NCBI GenBank assembly: GCA_965223325.1
Contig: CBDCWI010000001.1
Location: 320,001 to 384,000 of the forward strand
Source: Candidatus Multivoradales bacterium
GTDB taxonomy: Bacteria > Acidobacteriota > Thermoanaerobaculia > Multivoradales > Multivoraceae
Length of the DNA stretch: 64,000 bases
Direction of reading: 5' to 3'
Shown in pieces: positions 11,978 through 22,270 of this stretch (position 1 is the first letter of the stretch; the number at the start of each line of letters is the position of its first letter). The notes below the pieces were generated by a model. It was not told the DNA's origin and did no database searches. It was given only the letters and a program-made list of their open reading frames with translations. The translations under genes were made by a program, and so were the position numbers.

Positions 11978-12105
11978 CACATCTCCCTTGGATCGGTCGT
12001 CTCGCTGGCCTACCTGGGACAACGCTCTTTCTGTTCGGCGCTGCTCCCATTCGTGCTGAACCAGCTTCCCGACCGAGAGTAGCCGGCTGATCTGAAGCGC
12101 AAGTG

Positions 12106-12131
12106 GCCTGAACATGAATTTCTCTTCAGGC
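12106..12131. promoter_or_regulatory. Inverted repeat upstream of the oxidase operon, candidate regulator box
   Basis: gcctgaa-N12-ttcaggc, ~130 bp upstream of the oxidase start. Confidence 0.3.
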
Positions 12132-12450
12132 AGTCCATCGGAGGGCCCTGAGCGTGGTCCGAGTGCACGGCGTCCGGCCATCGGAGCGCCAGCCAGGAGG
12201 CCGTGAGCCGGTGCCATGACTCACTGCTCTCGTGCCCGAAGAGTTGCCGCTCCGCGGTGGCAGGGGCCACGTCCGTTGGCGCAAACGTTACGGGCACTGG
12301 TGCCCACGGCCCGTCAAGACCCCAACAAGAAAGCGCCTCTTAGCGTCGTGGACTGCTCTGGCATCGCCATTGCTCTCGCTCCCTTCATGCGACCTCGTGC
12401 GAGGCCGCCGCTGCCAGCGCCGCAATCACCCAAAGGGAGTGAAAACACCG

Positions 12451-13299
12451 ATGAGAGCCACGACACGACTTCTCCTTTTTCTCGGCGCGGTGAGCGCGCT
12501 GGTCGCCAGCGCCGGGCAGGAGGCTGGCGCCAGCACCTTTGTGGACATGAAGTTCAGCGACATCGTCCAGCGCGCCGAGATGGTCGCCCTGGGAACCGTC
12601 ACCTCGCTGCGCACTGTCAGCCGGGGCGAGGCGACCGAAGACGAGACCAGCCAAAGCGACGAGAACCAGCCGCCCCGAGACGACGGCAGCGCAGCCGACG
12701 GCCCTTCCGCCGACGCACCGGAGGCCGACACCGCAAGAAGCCCCCGGGTACTCGCCGAGACCGCCACCCCCCAGGCACTCGCTACCGAAGGCGGCCGCAT
12801 GTTGTTCACCGAGGTCACCTTCGAGGTCGAACGTTCGGTTCTCGGCGAGGCGCCACGCACCTTGACATTCCTTATCGCTGGCGGCAGCGACGGCGAGACC
12901 GAAGTCATCGTGCACGGCCTGCCGACCTTCGAGCTCGGCGCTCGCTACCTGTTGTTCATCGACCCCAGCTTCCGCGATACCGCCAACCCGATCGTCGGTG
13001 CTAACCAGGGCTTCTTCCGCGTCGCGGAAGGACCGGCGGGAAAAGAGCGGCTCATTACCTACAACGGCGACGTCGTGGTCTCCATCGACGACCAACAAAT
13101 CACGGTTCAGTACGACCCCGAGTTCAATCGCCGCGTGCTTCCACAGCTCGCCGACGGACCTACCCCTGACGACGCAAGGAGCACCCGCACCAACGCCATC
13201 AGTCCCGCTCTCGCGCGCTACTGGATGGCCGAGGACACACCCCTCTCGGTGGACGCCTTCATTGCGGCCACCCTTAGCGCCGAGGAGGCAGCACAATGA
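12451..13299 (+). CDS. Secreted hypothetical protein (prodomain/TIMP-like fold suspected)
   Basis: GGGAG RBS, signal peptide, DIVQRAEMVALGTV and GGSDG..VHGLPTFELGARYLLF pattern; ATGA overlap with the next gene. Confidence 0.75.
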   Translation: MRATTRLLLFLGAVSALVASAGQEAGASTFVDMKFSDIVQRAEMVALGTVTSLRTVSRGEATEDETSQSDENQPPRDDGSAADGPSADAPEADTARSPRVLAETATPQALATEGGRMLFTEVTFEVERSVLGEAPRTLTFLIAGGSDGETEVIVHGLPTFELGARYLLFIDPSFRDTANPIVGANQGFFRVAEGPAGKERLITYNGDVVVSIDDQQITVQYDPEFNRRVLPQLADGPTPDDARSTRTNAISPALARYWMAEDTPLSVDAFIAATLSAEEAAQ

Positions 13300-15119
13300 A
13301 CCGTTTGAGATCCACTGACCATCTCCGCTATCGCCTGTTGGCTCTCGTCGCTCTAGCAACCATCGCCACCAGTGTCCAGGCGCAGGTGATCAACAACTAC
13401 TGGCCCGACGGCGACAACATCGTCATGGACGACGTGCTCTTGCCGGCCGCCAGCTGGAGTGCCCCTGCTCAGGGCGAGATGGCCGAGTGGAACTACGTCG
13501 ACACATCGAACAACTCCCATCCCTTCCGCATCTCGAACAGCCCGCAGTTCAGCTTCGGTGCCGATGACGGTGACAACACCATCGGCTTCCTCGGCGAAGC
13601 CGGCTTGAACAGCGAGTACGGCCTGTCGTTTAGCAACGCCCTCGCCTGGGCGGTGTGCTGGAAGAGCTTCTGGTCGGGCCGCTACAACGAGTGCGACGTG
13701 ATCCTCGACTCGGGCAGGAGCTGGAGTCTGTCACCACACGACAGCACCTACTTTCGCTCCACCGTCCTTCACGAGCTCGGTCACGTGCGCGGCCTCGGCC
13801 ACTACAACGCCTGGCAGTCGATTGAAAACAGCGGCCAGAGCAAGCACCTGCGTGGCGAGACCACCTACATGGTCGACCGCAACGGAGTGCGCGCCAACGC
13901 CACCAACGTCTCGGAACGCGATTTCGCGATCTACAACAAGTGGCACAACGGCTCGGTTCCGCGCTGGATGAAGATGTCACCCACAACGATTCGCGAAGGT
14001 CAGCAGCTCAGTATCGACAACATCTCGGTCGAGAACAAGGGCACCCTGGCGTTCGGCTCGACCCTGACCTTCGGCGTCTATCTGTCGACCAACACCATCA
14101 TTTCCACCGCTGACCAACGCATCAGCAGCGGTTCGTGGGGCTCCTACAGCACCAACACCGCGTCGACGTTCGACTGGACGGCCACCATTCCGACGCAGTC
14201 GGACTGCTCGACTCGCTATGTCGGCGGCATTGTCGACTACAACGGTGCGTGGACGGAACGCTACGAGGGCAACAACGCGGTGATCTTCACCAACGGTGAT
14301 CCCTACGTCGGAAGCGGCAACAACTTCCAGCCCGACGCGCTGACGATTCTGCTCGCCGAGGACTCCTACGAGCCCAACGACTCGCGCGCCGCAGCGCCGA
14401 CGATCTCGCTGCCGTTCTCCGAAAACGGCCTCACGATCGACCAGGACGCCGAGAACGACTACTTCCGAATGGTCGTGAGCCAGGCCGGCACCATCGACGT
14501 TCATGTCGACTTCGCGCATTCACTCGGCAACGTCAACCTGGCGCTCTATAGCAGTGGCGGATCGCTGCTCGCCTCATCGCTCTCGACAACCAACGACGAG
14601 AGCCTCTCCTACCATGCACAGCCGGGCACCTACTACGTGCGGGTCTGGGGTACGGGAACTGGCAGCTGCAACCACTACGACATCGACGTGACGTTTGACA
14701 AGGACCTCGCTGACCTGACGGTCACCACCCTCAGCGCACCGCGCTTCGGGTTGATCGGCGGCGATATCACTTTCGCCAACGGGGTCAAGAACATCGGCCC
14801 GGCCGCGGCGGGCGCTCATCGCGTCGGCTTCTACCTGTCGCAGAACACCATCTGCTCGGGCGCCGATGTGCACCTCGGGAGCCGCAACATCGGGTCGATC
14901 ACTTCGGGAGCAACCCACGCGGTCTCGACGACCCTGCAGATTCCGCCTGGAACCGTCGAGGGGGCCTGGTACCTATGCGCCTGGGCCGACGACCTGGGTG
15001 CCGTCGAGGAGGACTCGAACAGCAACAACAAGAAGTTGAGCGCCATCGTGTTGACCTCGTTGTTCTTCGATCCGTTCGAAACCGGGGACATGACGCGCTG
15101 GAGCAGCTCGGTTCCCTAG
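13296..15119 (+). CDS. Secreted zinc metallopeptidase (metzincin-like) with CARDB and PPC-like domains
   Basis: HELGHVRGLGH (HExxHxxGxxH); DSYEPND...PGTYYVRV PPC-like; two CARDB-like repeats; tail FFDPFETGDMTRW. Confidence 0.85.
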   Translation: MNRLRSTDHLRYRLLALVALATIATSVQAQVINNYWPDGDNIVMDDVLLPAASWSAPAQGEMAEWNYVDTSNNSHPFRISNSPQFSFGADDGDNTIGFLGEAGLNSEYGLSFSNALAWAVCWKSFWSGRYNECDVILDSGRSWSLSPHDSTYFRSTVLHELGHVRGLGHYNAWQSIENSGQSKHLRGETTYMVDRNGVRANATNVSERDFAIYNKWHNGSVPRWMKMSPTTIREGQQLSIDNISVENKGTLAFGSTLTFGVYLSTNTIISTADQRISSGSWGSYSTNTASTFDWTATIPTQSDCSTRYVGGIVDYNGAWTERYEGNNAVIFTNGDPYVGSGNNFQPDALTILLAEDSYEPNDSRAAAPTISLPFSENGLTIDQDAENDYFRMVVSQAGTIDVHVDFAHSLGNVNLALYSSGGSLLASSLSTTNDESLSYHAQPGTYYVRVWGTGTGSCNHYDIDVTFDKDLADLTVTTLSAPRFGLIGGDITFANGVKNIGPAAAGAHRVGFYLSQNTICSGADVHLGSRNIGSITSGATHAVSTTLQIPPGTVEGAWYLCAWADDLGAVEEDSNSNNKKLSAIVLTSLFFDPFETGDMTRWSSSVP

Positions 15120-15325
15120 TCGAACAGAACAATCTCTCCTGGGCCCTTTGGAGACTCCAGGGTCACGGGGAGACGGGCCGGCGGGTGTCTGCATCAGCGT
15201 TGTCTTACATCGAGCTGCAGTCACCGCGAGAAACAGCCTGCGAACCGATGCCCCAGCGGGGCACCACCGCACTGTTCTCTCACGGGAAGCACTTGTCGGC
15301 CCACCTCTCTTCAGGACGACTCTCT

Positions 15326-16036
15326 TCAGGAGGACTCCCTTGGAGCCTGTGGTCGCACCGAACTCGGTGTCACTCTCGACCACGGGCTCCAGTCGTAACT
15401 GTCGACCGGGTCGTGGCCGGCGAGGCTGCGGTCGAGAGATGGCAGGTCATCAAAGCCCCAGAACAGCTTCCCGTCGACGATCATGGTTGGCACTCCAAAT
15501 ACATCGCGCGCGACGGCCTGGTCGGTGAGTTCCCGGATGCGCGCCTTCGCCTCGGGAGTGTCCGCACGGTGGACGAAGTCATCACCAGGCAAACCGCCTT
15601 CGTTCAGCACGTCGCGCACGACTTCTCGATCGGTGATGTCTCGAGACTGTGCCCAGGCTGCGCGCAGAAGAGCCGTCACAGCGTTGTGGCGATCGTCGTC
15701 TGCCATTTCGAGGCCGCACACCCGCAGCGCGAGGAGCGGATTGAACGGGTGCGACACCGGAGGTGCCAACGGGATCCCCAGGTCGAGTGCCTTGCGCACC
15801 ACGTCACGACCCATCCAGCGCCGCTTGGCCGGAATCTCGGCCGGACCGAGCTGCCCCCACGCCTCGAGCAGGCCAGCGAACAGAACCGGAACCGGCCGTA
15901 GCGAGCGCTCGTGGCGCGCCGCCACGTCGCCGACCGCCTCCCAGGCCAGGTAGGCGTTGTGCGAAATCGGATCGAAGAAGAACTCGATCGGCTCCTTGCG
16001 TGAGCCGTCGACAGCATGCGGAGCAGACGGGGCCAT
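15326..16036 (-). CDS. 2-hydroxychromene-2-carboxylate isomerase / GST-kappa (DsbA-like)
   Basis: IEFFFDPISHNAYL, PAEIPAKRRW, HPFNPL, VFGVPTMIVDGKLFWGFD. Confidence 0.88.
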   Translation of the reverse strand: MAPSAPHAVDGSRKEPIEFFFDPISHNAYLAWEAVGDVAARHERSLRPVPVLFAGLLEAWGQLGPAEIPAKRRWMGRDVVRKALDLGIPLAPPVSHPFNPLLALRVCGLEMADDDRHNAVTALLRAAWAQSRDITDREVVRDVLNEGGLPGDDFVHRADTPEAKARIRELTDQAVARDVFGVPTMIVDGKLFWGFDDLPSLDRSLAGHDPVDSYDWSPWSRVTPSSVRPQAPRESS

Positions 16037-16037
16037 G

Positions 16038-16376
16038 TCAGGCGAAGTTCGCTTCGAGGTAGCGGTTGATGTCGTCTGACTCGTAGAGCCAGCGCACGCG
16101 GTCCTTGCCTGGAGTATCGGGCTCTTCGATGCGTAGACAGGGCACCTGCTTCTTGCCGCCGCCGGCAACCAGCTCGTCAAACGCGGTGCGGCTGCGCTTG
16201 ATGTTCTTCATCTCGAGGTCGAGACCGAGGCGCCTCGCGGTGCGCCGCACCTTGACGCAGTAAGGGCAGGTCGCAAAGTGATAGAGAGTCAATCGGTCAA
16301 GGAGGGCGTCGACCCGGGCCTGCGCCTCGGGGCTGCGCGCTGGCTTAGAAGGTGAAAAGAGATCAAGCAGTCCCAT
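16038..16376 (-). CDS. Glutaredoxin / GST N-terminal domain protein
   Basis: LYHFATCPYCVKVR, GGGKKQVPCL, WLYESDDI. Confidence 0.9.
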   Translation of the reverse strand: MGLLDLFSPSKPARSPEAQARVDALLDRLTLYHFATCPYCVKVRRTARRLGLDLEMKNIKRSRTAFDELVAGGGKKQVPCLRIEEPDTPGKDRVRWLYESDDINRYLEANFA

Positions 16377-16512
16377 CGTTTCAATCGTTCCTGGCAGTTG
16401 AGAGGGAGGTTGGCAGTCGAGCAGCGGCTCTTGGCAACCACCAACCACCACCATTGCCTTCTACGCGTGTGAGTGCATCTCTGGCCTTCTACGCGCGATG
16501 GTGGTCGTTTCT

Positions 16513-16917
16513 TCAGTGCGGCGCCTCGCGACCGGCTCGCGAGCAGCCCGGACTCTCAAGAGCCCGCTCGAGGAAACCTCGCAGAGCGACCGCCTGGTTG
16601 TGTTGTTCATCGCGGGCCGAGTAGACCAGAGTGACCGGCCCGCGCTGACTGAGCGCTAGCAGCACCGTCACGACCTCTGGATTAGCCTTCAGTTCATCGT
16701 GGTAGCGCTCACAGAACTCGGCCCAGCGCTCCGGCTGGTGCCCGAACCACCTACGAAGATCATGGCTCGGGCCGGCTTCTTTCAGCCACAAAGCGACGGC
16801 AGCACGCTCGCGGGTCATTCCGCGCGGCCAGATGCGGTCGACCAACACCCGCTTGCCGTCTTCCGAAGTAGGTTCTTCGTACACCCGCTTGGTCGCTATG
16901 CAGTGCGGGAGATTCAT
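16513..16917 (-). CDS. DUF488/YeaO family protein
   Basis: KRVYE..DGKRVLVDRIWPRG, PSHDLRRWFGH, TLVYSARDEQHNQA. Confidence 0.92.
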   Translation of the reverse strand: MNLPHCIATKRVYEEPTSEDGKRVLVDRIWPRGMTRERAAVALWLKEAGPSHDLRRWFGHQPERWAEFCERYHDELKANPEVVTVLLALSQRGPVTLVYSARDEQHNQAVALRGFLERALESPGCSRAGREAPH

Positions 16918-18779
16918 GCCGCTTCGGTGAACTGGCGCTCGACCAGCCGCCGGTAGAGGCCGTCGCGGGCCATGAGCTCATCGTGCGGGCCGCTCTCGAC
17001 AACCTGTCCCCCATCGAGCACGACCACCCGATCGGCCCCGCGCACGGTCGACAGCCGATGGGCGATCACCAGGGTCGTGCGCCCCTTCATCAAACGGTCG
17101 AGCGCCTCTTGCACCAGGTGCTCACTCTCGGCGTCGAGAGCCGAGGTCGCCTCGTCGAGAATCAAGATGCGCGGGTCCTCGAGTACGGCCCGCGCAATCG
17201 CAATACGTTGCTTCTGGCCACCGGAGAGCCGCACGCCCCGCTCACCCACCATGGTCTCGAAGCCCTCGGTAAACGAGTCGATGAAGACCGTCGCATTGGC
17301 CGCTTCGGCTGCCGCTCGCACGTCGGCATCGCTGGCCTCCGGCCGGGCGTAGCGAATGTTCTCGGAAATGCTGGCGGCAAAGAGGACCGGTTCCTGCATC
17401 ACCGCGGCGATGTGACGACGGAGTGACCGCGGTTCGATCTCTGTGAGGCCAGTGCCATCAAGAGTGATCGAGCCCGCCTGCGGGTCGTAGAAGCGCGGAA
17501 TCAGGGCAGCCACCGTCGACTTGCCCGCCCCCGACGGCCCCACCAGGGCGACGACCTCGCCGGCAGCGACCTCGAGGTCGAAACCTCGGAGAACCGCTGC
17601 GTCGGGTCGCGAGGGATAGCTGAAGTCGACGCCTCGAAAACGAATCGCGCCCTGCACTTCGCCGAGTGCTTCCTCGACCGTCAGGCCGCCACCGCGCTCG
17701 AGTTCGCCGCGACTGTCGAGAAGCTCGAAAATGCGTTCCGATGCACCCGAAGCGCGCATGAAGTCGCCATACAGACTCGCCAGTGACCCCAGCGAAATCG
17801 CAACGAAGAAGGTATAGAGCAAGAACGCGGTGAGCTCACCAAGCGTCATGCCGCCCGTGGTCACAAGTCGCCCGCCGTACCAGACCACCAACGCCACCGC
17901 GCCGTAGCCGATGAAGCCCGCCAGGCCACCGAAGCCACCGATCGCCAGGGCGCGCTTGGCTGCCAAACGGTAGGAGTGATCGACCGCACTGCCGTAGCGC
18001 GCCACCTCGCCGGACTCCTGCGAAAACGAGCGTACGGTGCGAATCCCGGCAATCGACTCTTCGGCGATTTCGGTCGAGGCCGCAAGTGCGTCCTGCACCT
18101 TGACCGAGATCCTGCGGATCATGCGCCCGTAGAAGGCACCAATCAGAATGCCCACCGGGACAATCAACATCGCAATGCCGGTCAGGCGCGGACTCATCAC
18201 GGTGAGCAGAATGACCCCGCCGATTGCCGCCAACGCGTGGCGCAGCGCCATCGAAACGTTGACCGTCACCGTGTTCTGCAAGACCGTCGTATCGGCCGAC
18301 AATCGGTTGGTGAGCTCACCGGTTCGGCGCAGGTCGAAGAACGCAGTGTCTTGGTCGAGAATCGCCTGGAAGAGCTCCGTGCGCAGGTTGGCCACGATGC
18401 GTTCACCGGCAACGGTGAAGAGCCAGGAGCGCAGCATCGTAAACACCGACTGCACCGCGAACACCACGATCAGAATCACGGCCAGGGTGTCGAAAGAAAA
18501 CGGTGTCTCGCCCCCGACCAGATCGTCAACCAGAAACCGTACCGCCTGCGGATAGAGCAAGCCCATCCCCGTCGAGACGAGAAGCGCCACGGTGGCCAGG
18601 GAGAGCCGCGCAAGCTCCGGCCGCGCCAGACCGATCAGCCGCCTCAGGTCGAGCCGGGTACGCGACCCCTTGCCGCCACCTCCCCCGCTGCCTGAAGCGT
18701 CGTCGGCGAGAGAGCGGGGGCTCTTCTCTCGGTCTTCGCCGTCTGCTGTCGCGCTGTCTGAGATCGAGCTGTCTGCCAT
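16914..18779 (-). CDS. ABC exporter, fused TMD-NBD (MsbA/ABCB-like)
   Basis: Six TM segments; GPSGAGKST, LSGGQKQR, ILDEATSALD. Confidence 0.95.
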   Translation of the reverse strand: MADSSISDSATADGEDREKSPRSLADDASGSGGGGGKGSRTRLDLRRLIGLARPELARLSLATVALLVSTGMGLLYPQAVRFLVDDLVGGETPFSFDTLAVILIVVFAVQSVFTMLRSWLFTVAGERIVANLRTELFQAILDQDTAFFDLRRTGELTNRLSADTTVLQNTVTVNVSMALRHALAAIGGVILLTVMSPRLTGIAMLIVPVGILIGAFYGRMIRRISVKVQDALAASTEIAEESIAGIRTVRSFSQESGEVARYGSAVDHSYRLAAKRALAIGGFGGLAGFIGYGAVALVVWYGGRLVTTGGMTLGELTAFLLYTFFVAISLGSLASLYGDFMRASGASERIFELLDSRGELERGGGLTVEEALGEVQGAIRFRGVDFSYPSRPDAAVLRGFDLEVAAGEVVALVGPSGAGKSTVAALIPRFYDPQAGSITLDGTGLTEIEPRSLRRHIAAVMQEPVLFAASISENIRYARPEASDADVRAAAEAANATVFIDSFTEGFETMVGERGVRLSGGQKQRIAIARAVLEDPRILILDEATSALDAESEHLVQEALDRLMKGRTTLVIAHRLSTVRGADRVVVLDGGQVVESGPHDELMARDGLYRRLVERQFTEAA

Positions 18780-18924
18780 AGGAATGCATCTTACGGAAGA
18801 GGGCTGCCGGACGTTTCGACGACCCGCGGGTTCGTAAAGGGGTGGCCAGACCCGCAGGCAGTGACTATCCTGCAGCAGAACCCCGTTCCTCCAATTCGAA
18901 CCTCCCTCCTGAGGAGACTCCCCG

Positions 18925-19290
18925 ATGTCCGTTGAGTTCTACAAGATCCTCCACCTGCTTGCTGCCTTCATGGTGCTGATCTCACTCGGCGGCCTGGCAA
19001 CCCATGCCGCCAACGGCGGCGGCAGAGACTCCAACAAGGTGCGCGCCCCCCTCTCGGTCCTCCACGGTCTGGGCCTGGTGATCTCATTGGTTGCCGGCTT
19101 CGGCCTGATCGCCAAGGTAGGAACCGGCTTCCCCATCTGGGTGATCATGAAACTGGTGATCTGGCTCATCCTCGGCATCGCTCTCATGATTCCCAACCGC
19201 GCACCACAGTACGCACGCCTTCTCCTGTGGCTGCTGCCGGTCCTCGGCGGCATCGCAGCCTGGTTGGCAATCGCCAAGCCGTTCCTCTAG
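18925..19290 (+). CDS. Small 4-TM membrane protein (SirB2-like)
   Basis: YKILHL, HGLGL, WVIMKL, IAKPF; GAGGAG RBS. Confidence 0.75.
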   Translation: MSVEFYKILHLLAAFMVLISLGGLATHAANGGGRDSNKVRAPLSVLHGLGLVISLVAGFGLIAKVGTGFPIWVIMKLVIWLILGIALMIPNRAPQYARLLLWLLPVLGGIAAWLAIAKPFL

Positions 19291-19413
19291 AGAGTCCCCT
19301 CCACACCCGGGCGTTTCCCGGGCGTTTCCCGGGCAATCGACTGGGGTGGTTCTGGGATTTCGCGGGTTCGCGGGTCGGAATTCGTTGGCCGCTCTCTCTG
19401 TTCGGCAGGGACG

Positions 19414-20970
19414 ATGAGGGTTAGACGTCTTGCAGCCGCTCTTCTTCGAGCCTCTCTGTTCCTGTCAGCGAGTGTCGCGATCCTGGTCGCCACTGGCCCC
19501 ACAGGGGCCGCGGAGAGTGAGCGCGGCGATGCCATTCGCATCCTGCCGATCCTCGACACGGGTGGCACACACCTCGAGGTGCGCACCCTGGTTCTCGACG
19601 CGGAGACCGCCACAGTGCACTTCACCCTCGACCGTGAGAAGGTCGGCCGAGCTGTTCGCCCGCCCTTCTCCGCCAAGGTCACTCCCGCGGTTCCCGCCCG
19701 CGCACAGCTGTTGCGCGTCGAGGCCCGCAACGGGTCAGGAGAAGTGCTCGGCTGGGATGAAACGACCCTTCGACCACCGCCACGACCCTTTCGAGCGGAG
19801 GTCACGGGAATCGATGCAACCGAGGGCGGCGATCGGGTCACCGCCCGGGTAACCGTGCCACGTAACGCAGAGCTCTCTGAAGTGGCGTTTCGACTGCGCG
19901 ATGAACCCATCGAGGTCATCTCCAGCGAGCAACTCAGCGTGGGGCCGGAAGGCGTAGCGACCGCGGGGACCTTGATCCCACCGGGCGAGCGTGCGGCTGA
20001 CGACTGGGTCCAGGTCGAGGCCACTCTCGCCGACGGTCGCAAGGTCGAAGACGTGGAGCTCTTGTCGGCGACACAGTTCGAGGACCGCCTGGACGTCCAT
20101 CTCGTGCAACTCCAGGCGCTGGTGCTCGACAGGCGCGATCTACCTGTTCTCGGCCTCGAGAAGACGGACTTCGCGCTGCGCGGCAAGAACATGCCACCGA
20201 TCGACAGCGTGCGACCCGCCGAAGCGGTGCGGCTGGTTCTCGGTCTCTCGGTCGACTCCTCGGGCAGCATGCAACGCATCTGGCCGGCCACCCGGGAGGC
20301 CGCGACGAAGTTCCTCGGCAAGACGCTGCGCGCTGGTGATCGTGGTTTCCTGGTCGACTTCGACTCGGGCCTCCGCCTGGTGCAAGAAACCACCGACGAC
20401 CGCGTGGCGCTCGAGAGCGCGCTCGAACAGCTCGAGCCCGAGGGTGGCACCGCTCTCTACGACTCGATTCTCTTCTCACTCCTCCAGTTCGAGAATCAAC
20501 CCGGCCGGCGCGGCCTGGTGGTGATCACTGATGGCGTCGACGGCGCGAGTCGGGCGGCGCCGCAGCAAACCGTCGAACTGGCGCAACAGATGGGCGTGCC
20601 CATCTATGTCCTCGTGCTCCGCCAGGGTGGTGCCGCCGGGGCCGGTCCACCAGGAGGTAGCCGACCGGGGGGACCACAGCGCGGCACGCCCGGTAGCGGC
20701 CCTGGGCCGGGCGGCTATGCCGCCGAGTTTCAGGCAGCGATCCAGGAACTCCACCTGTTCACCGAGCCAACCGGCGGCCGGCTGTTTCGAGTCGGCTCAC
20801 CGGCCCAGGTAGAAGACGCCCTCGAACAGATTCGCCTCGAACTGCGCGCCCAATACCTCCTGACCTACTACGCCACCGAACGACCAGAACCGGGTCGCGT
20901 TCCAAAGGTTCAGGTACCGGACCGCAAGGTCAAAGTGCGCACCACCTATGCGGCTGATCAAACGCAGTAG
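19414..20970 (+). CDS. Secreted VWA (von Willebrand A) domain protein
   Basis: MIDAS DSSGSM, GGTALYDS, VVITDGVD, TGGRLF, ELRAQYLLTY. Confidence 0.88.
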   Translation: MRVRRLAAALLRASLFLSASVAILVATGPTGAAESERGDAIRILPILDTGGTHLEVRTLVLDAETATVHFTLDREKVGRAVRPPFSAKVTPAVPARAQLLRVEARNGSGEVLGWDETTLRPPPRPFRAEVTGIDATEGGDRVTARVTVPRNAELSEVAFRLRDEPIEVISSEQLSVGPEGVATAGTLIPPGERAADDWVQVEATLADGRKVEDVELLSATQFEDRLDVHLVQLQALVLDRRDLPVLGLEKTDFALRGKNMPPIDSVRPAEAVRLVLGLSVDSSGSMQRIWPATREAATKFLGKTLRAGDRGFLVDFDSGLRLVQETTDDRVALESALEQLEPEGGTALYDSILFSLLQFENQPGRRGLVVITDGVDGASRAAPQQTVELAQQMGVPIYVLVLRQGGAAGAGPPGGSRPGGPQRGTPGSGPGPGGYAAEFQAAIQELHLFTEPTGGRLFRVGSPAQVEDALEQIRLELRAQYLLTYYATERPEPGRVPKVQVPDRKVKVRTTYAADQTQ

Positions 20971-20989
20971 GCAACGGCCTACCCAGCTA

Positions 20990-22270
20990 CTAGAACGACC
21001 AGCGACCGGCAGCCCACAACGTGAGCGGGACGGAACCGTACTCGCTGCCAGGCACCGGTGAACCGCCTCCGGTGAACCGCAGATCATCATCGCCGGCCCC
21101 GACGTTGGCTCCGAAGAGCACGCTGGTGTTGTCGCTCGTCGACCACTCGCCCGAAAGCTGTAGCAGAACCGAGTCGTCGCGCAGGTTCCCCAACAACGAC
21201 GACGACAGGCGAACCAACGGATGCGCCTGCCAGCCGAGTCCGGAGGCGGCATAGAGCGCTCCCGGCGATGTCACTTCACCGCGCCGGAACCGATCGCTGG
21301 TGGCCACGGCGACGTAGCCCGCCGGGTCACTCACTCCAAAGCCGTTCCAGTGCACTTCGCTGGTCCACGACCAGTACGCGCTGAGCTGGCGGTCGTGGCC
21401 GATCGTCGCGCGCACGAAGGAGCGATGGTCTGGGTCGGTCAGGTCGCTCTCGTCCGGGTCGGTATAGGCGACCTCGGTGCGCAACAGCGAGCCCGCCACA
21501 TCGGCGGTCAGGAAGAGCCCAACGACCAGATCGTCCTGGAAGCTCCCCAGCATGCCACCCCAGTCGAAACGCCCGCTGTGGAAACGTGCCAAGGCCGCCA
21601 GCGACCCCGCCTCGGGAAGTTCCTCGCCGTGCGCCGCGGCGATGACCTCGATCTCCGAGAAGTCGCCCGTCGCGATCGTCGCGCGCAGCGCATCGACCCC
21701 GGGTTTGTAGTCTCGGTCGATGCGCTGGGGTGCGAACGGTGCGAACAGATCGAGCACCGGCCAGAAGTAGTTGACCCCCCAGGTCACCGCTTGCCGACCG
21801 AGGGTCAGGCGGTAGCGCGGCCGCTCCAGGCGAACGTTGAACCGATCGACGGACAGCACGCCGAGGGCATCGGACTCCTCGAGGACAGTATGGTCGAGAT
21901 CGATGGCGTGGCGGGTGCCGCCGGTCACCGTGGAACGGCCGCCATCGAACCCACGCCGGGCACTGATGCCCTCGGCGAAGGTGGCATCGAAGAGACCGTG
22001 CGCTTCGAACGACCAGCCGCGACCCAGAGAGTCGATCGCATCACGTTCGTAGCGCAAGCGAAAGAGCACAAGCTCCAGGTCTTCGCCAGAACCCGGTTGA
22101 TTCTCGGTGCTCTGAAAGACGTAGGCCCGCAGGTCGCCGCCCACCAGCGTTGAGACCTCCGTCGGTTCCTCGGCGCCCACCGAGGTGGCACAGAGGCCCA
22201 ACAGGAGCGCGACGACAGGCGCCGCCCAGGGAACTCTACGAGCGGCGGGTGTCAGACTCGATACGACCAT
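20990..22270 (-). CDS. Putative outer-membrane beta-barrel protein
   Basis: Signal peptide; LGRQAVTWG, KPGVDALR; C-terminal WSF; last gene of the TetR operon. Confidence 0.75.
   Translation of the reverse strand: MVVSSLTPAARRVPWAAPVVALLLGLCATSVGAEEPTEVSTLVGGDLRAYVFQSTENQPGSGEDLELVLFRLRYERDAIDSLGRGWSFEAHGLFDATFAEGISARRGFDGGRSTVTGGTRHAIDLDHTVLEESDALGVLSVDRFNVRLERPRYRLTLGRQAVTWGVNYFWPVLDLFAPFAPQRIDRDYKPGVDALRATIATGDFSEIEVIAAAHGEELPEAGSLAALARFHSGRFDWGGMLGSFQDDLVVGLFLTADVAGSLLRTEVAYTDPDESDLTDPDHRSFVRATIGHDRQLSAYWSWTSEVHWNGFGVSDPAGYVAVATSDRFRRGEVTSPGALYAASGLGWQAHPLVRLSSSLLGNLRDDSVLLQLSGEWSTSDNTSVLFGANVGAGDDDLRFTGGGSPVPGSEYGSVPLTLWAAGRWSF

Noticed and set aside
19306-19334. Short tandem repeat (cccgggcgttt x2.5)
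   Set aside because: Too short and isolated to suggest function; likely slippage.
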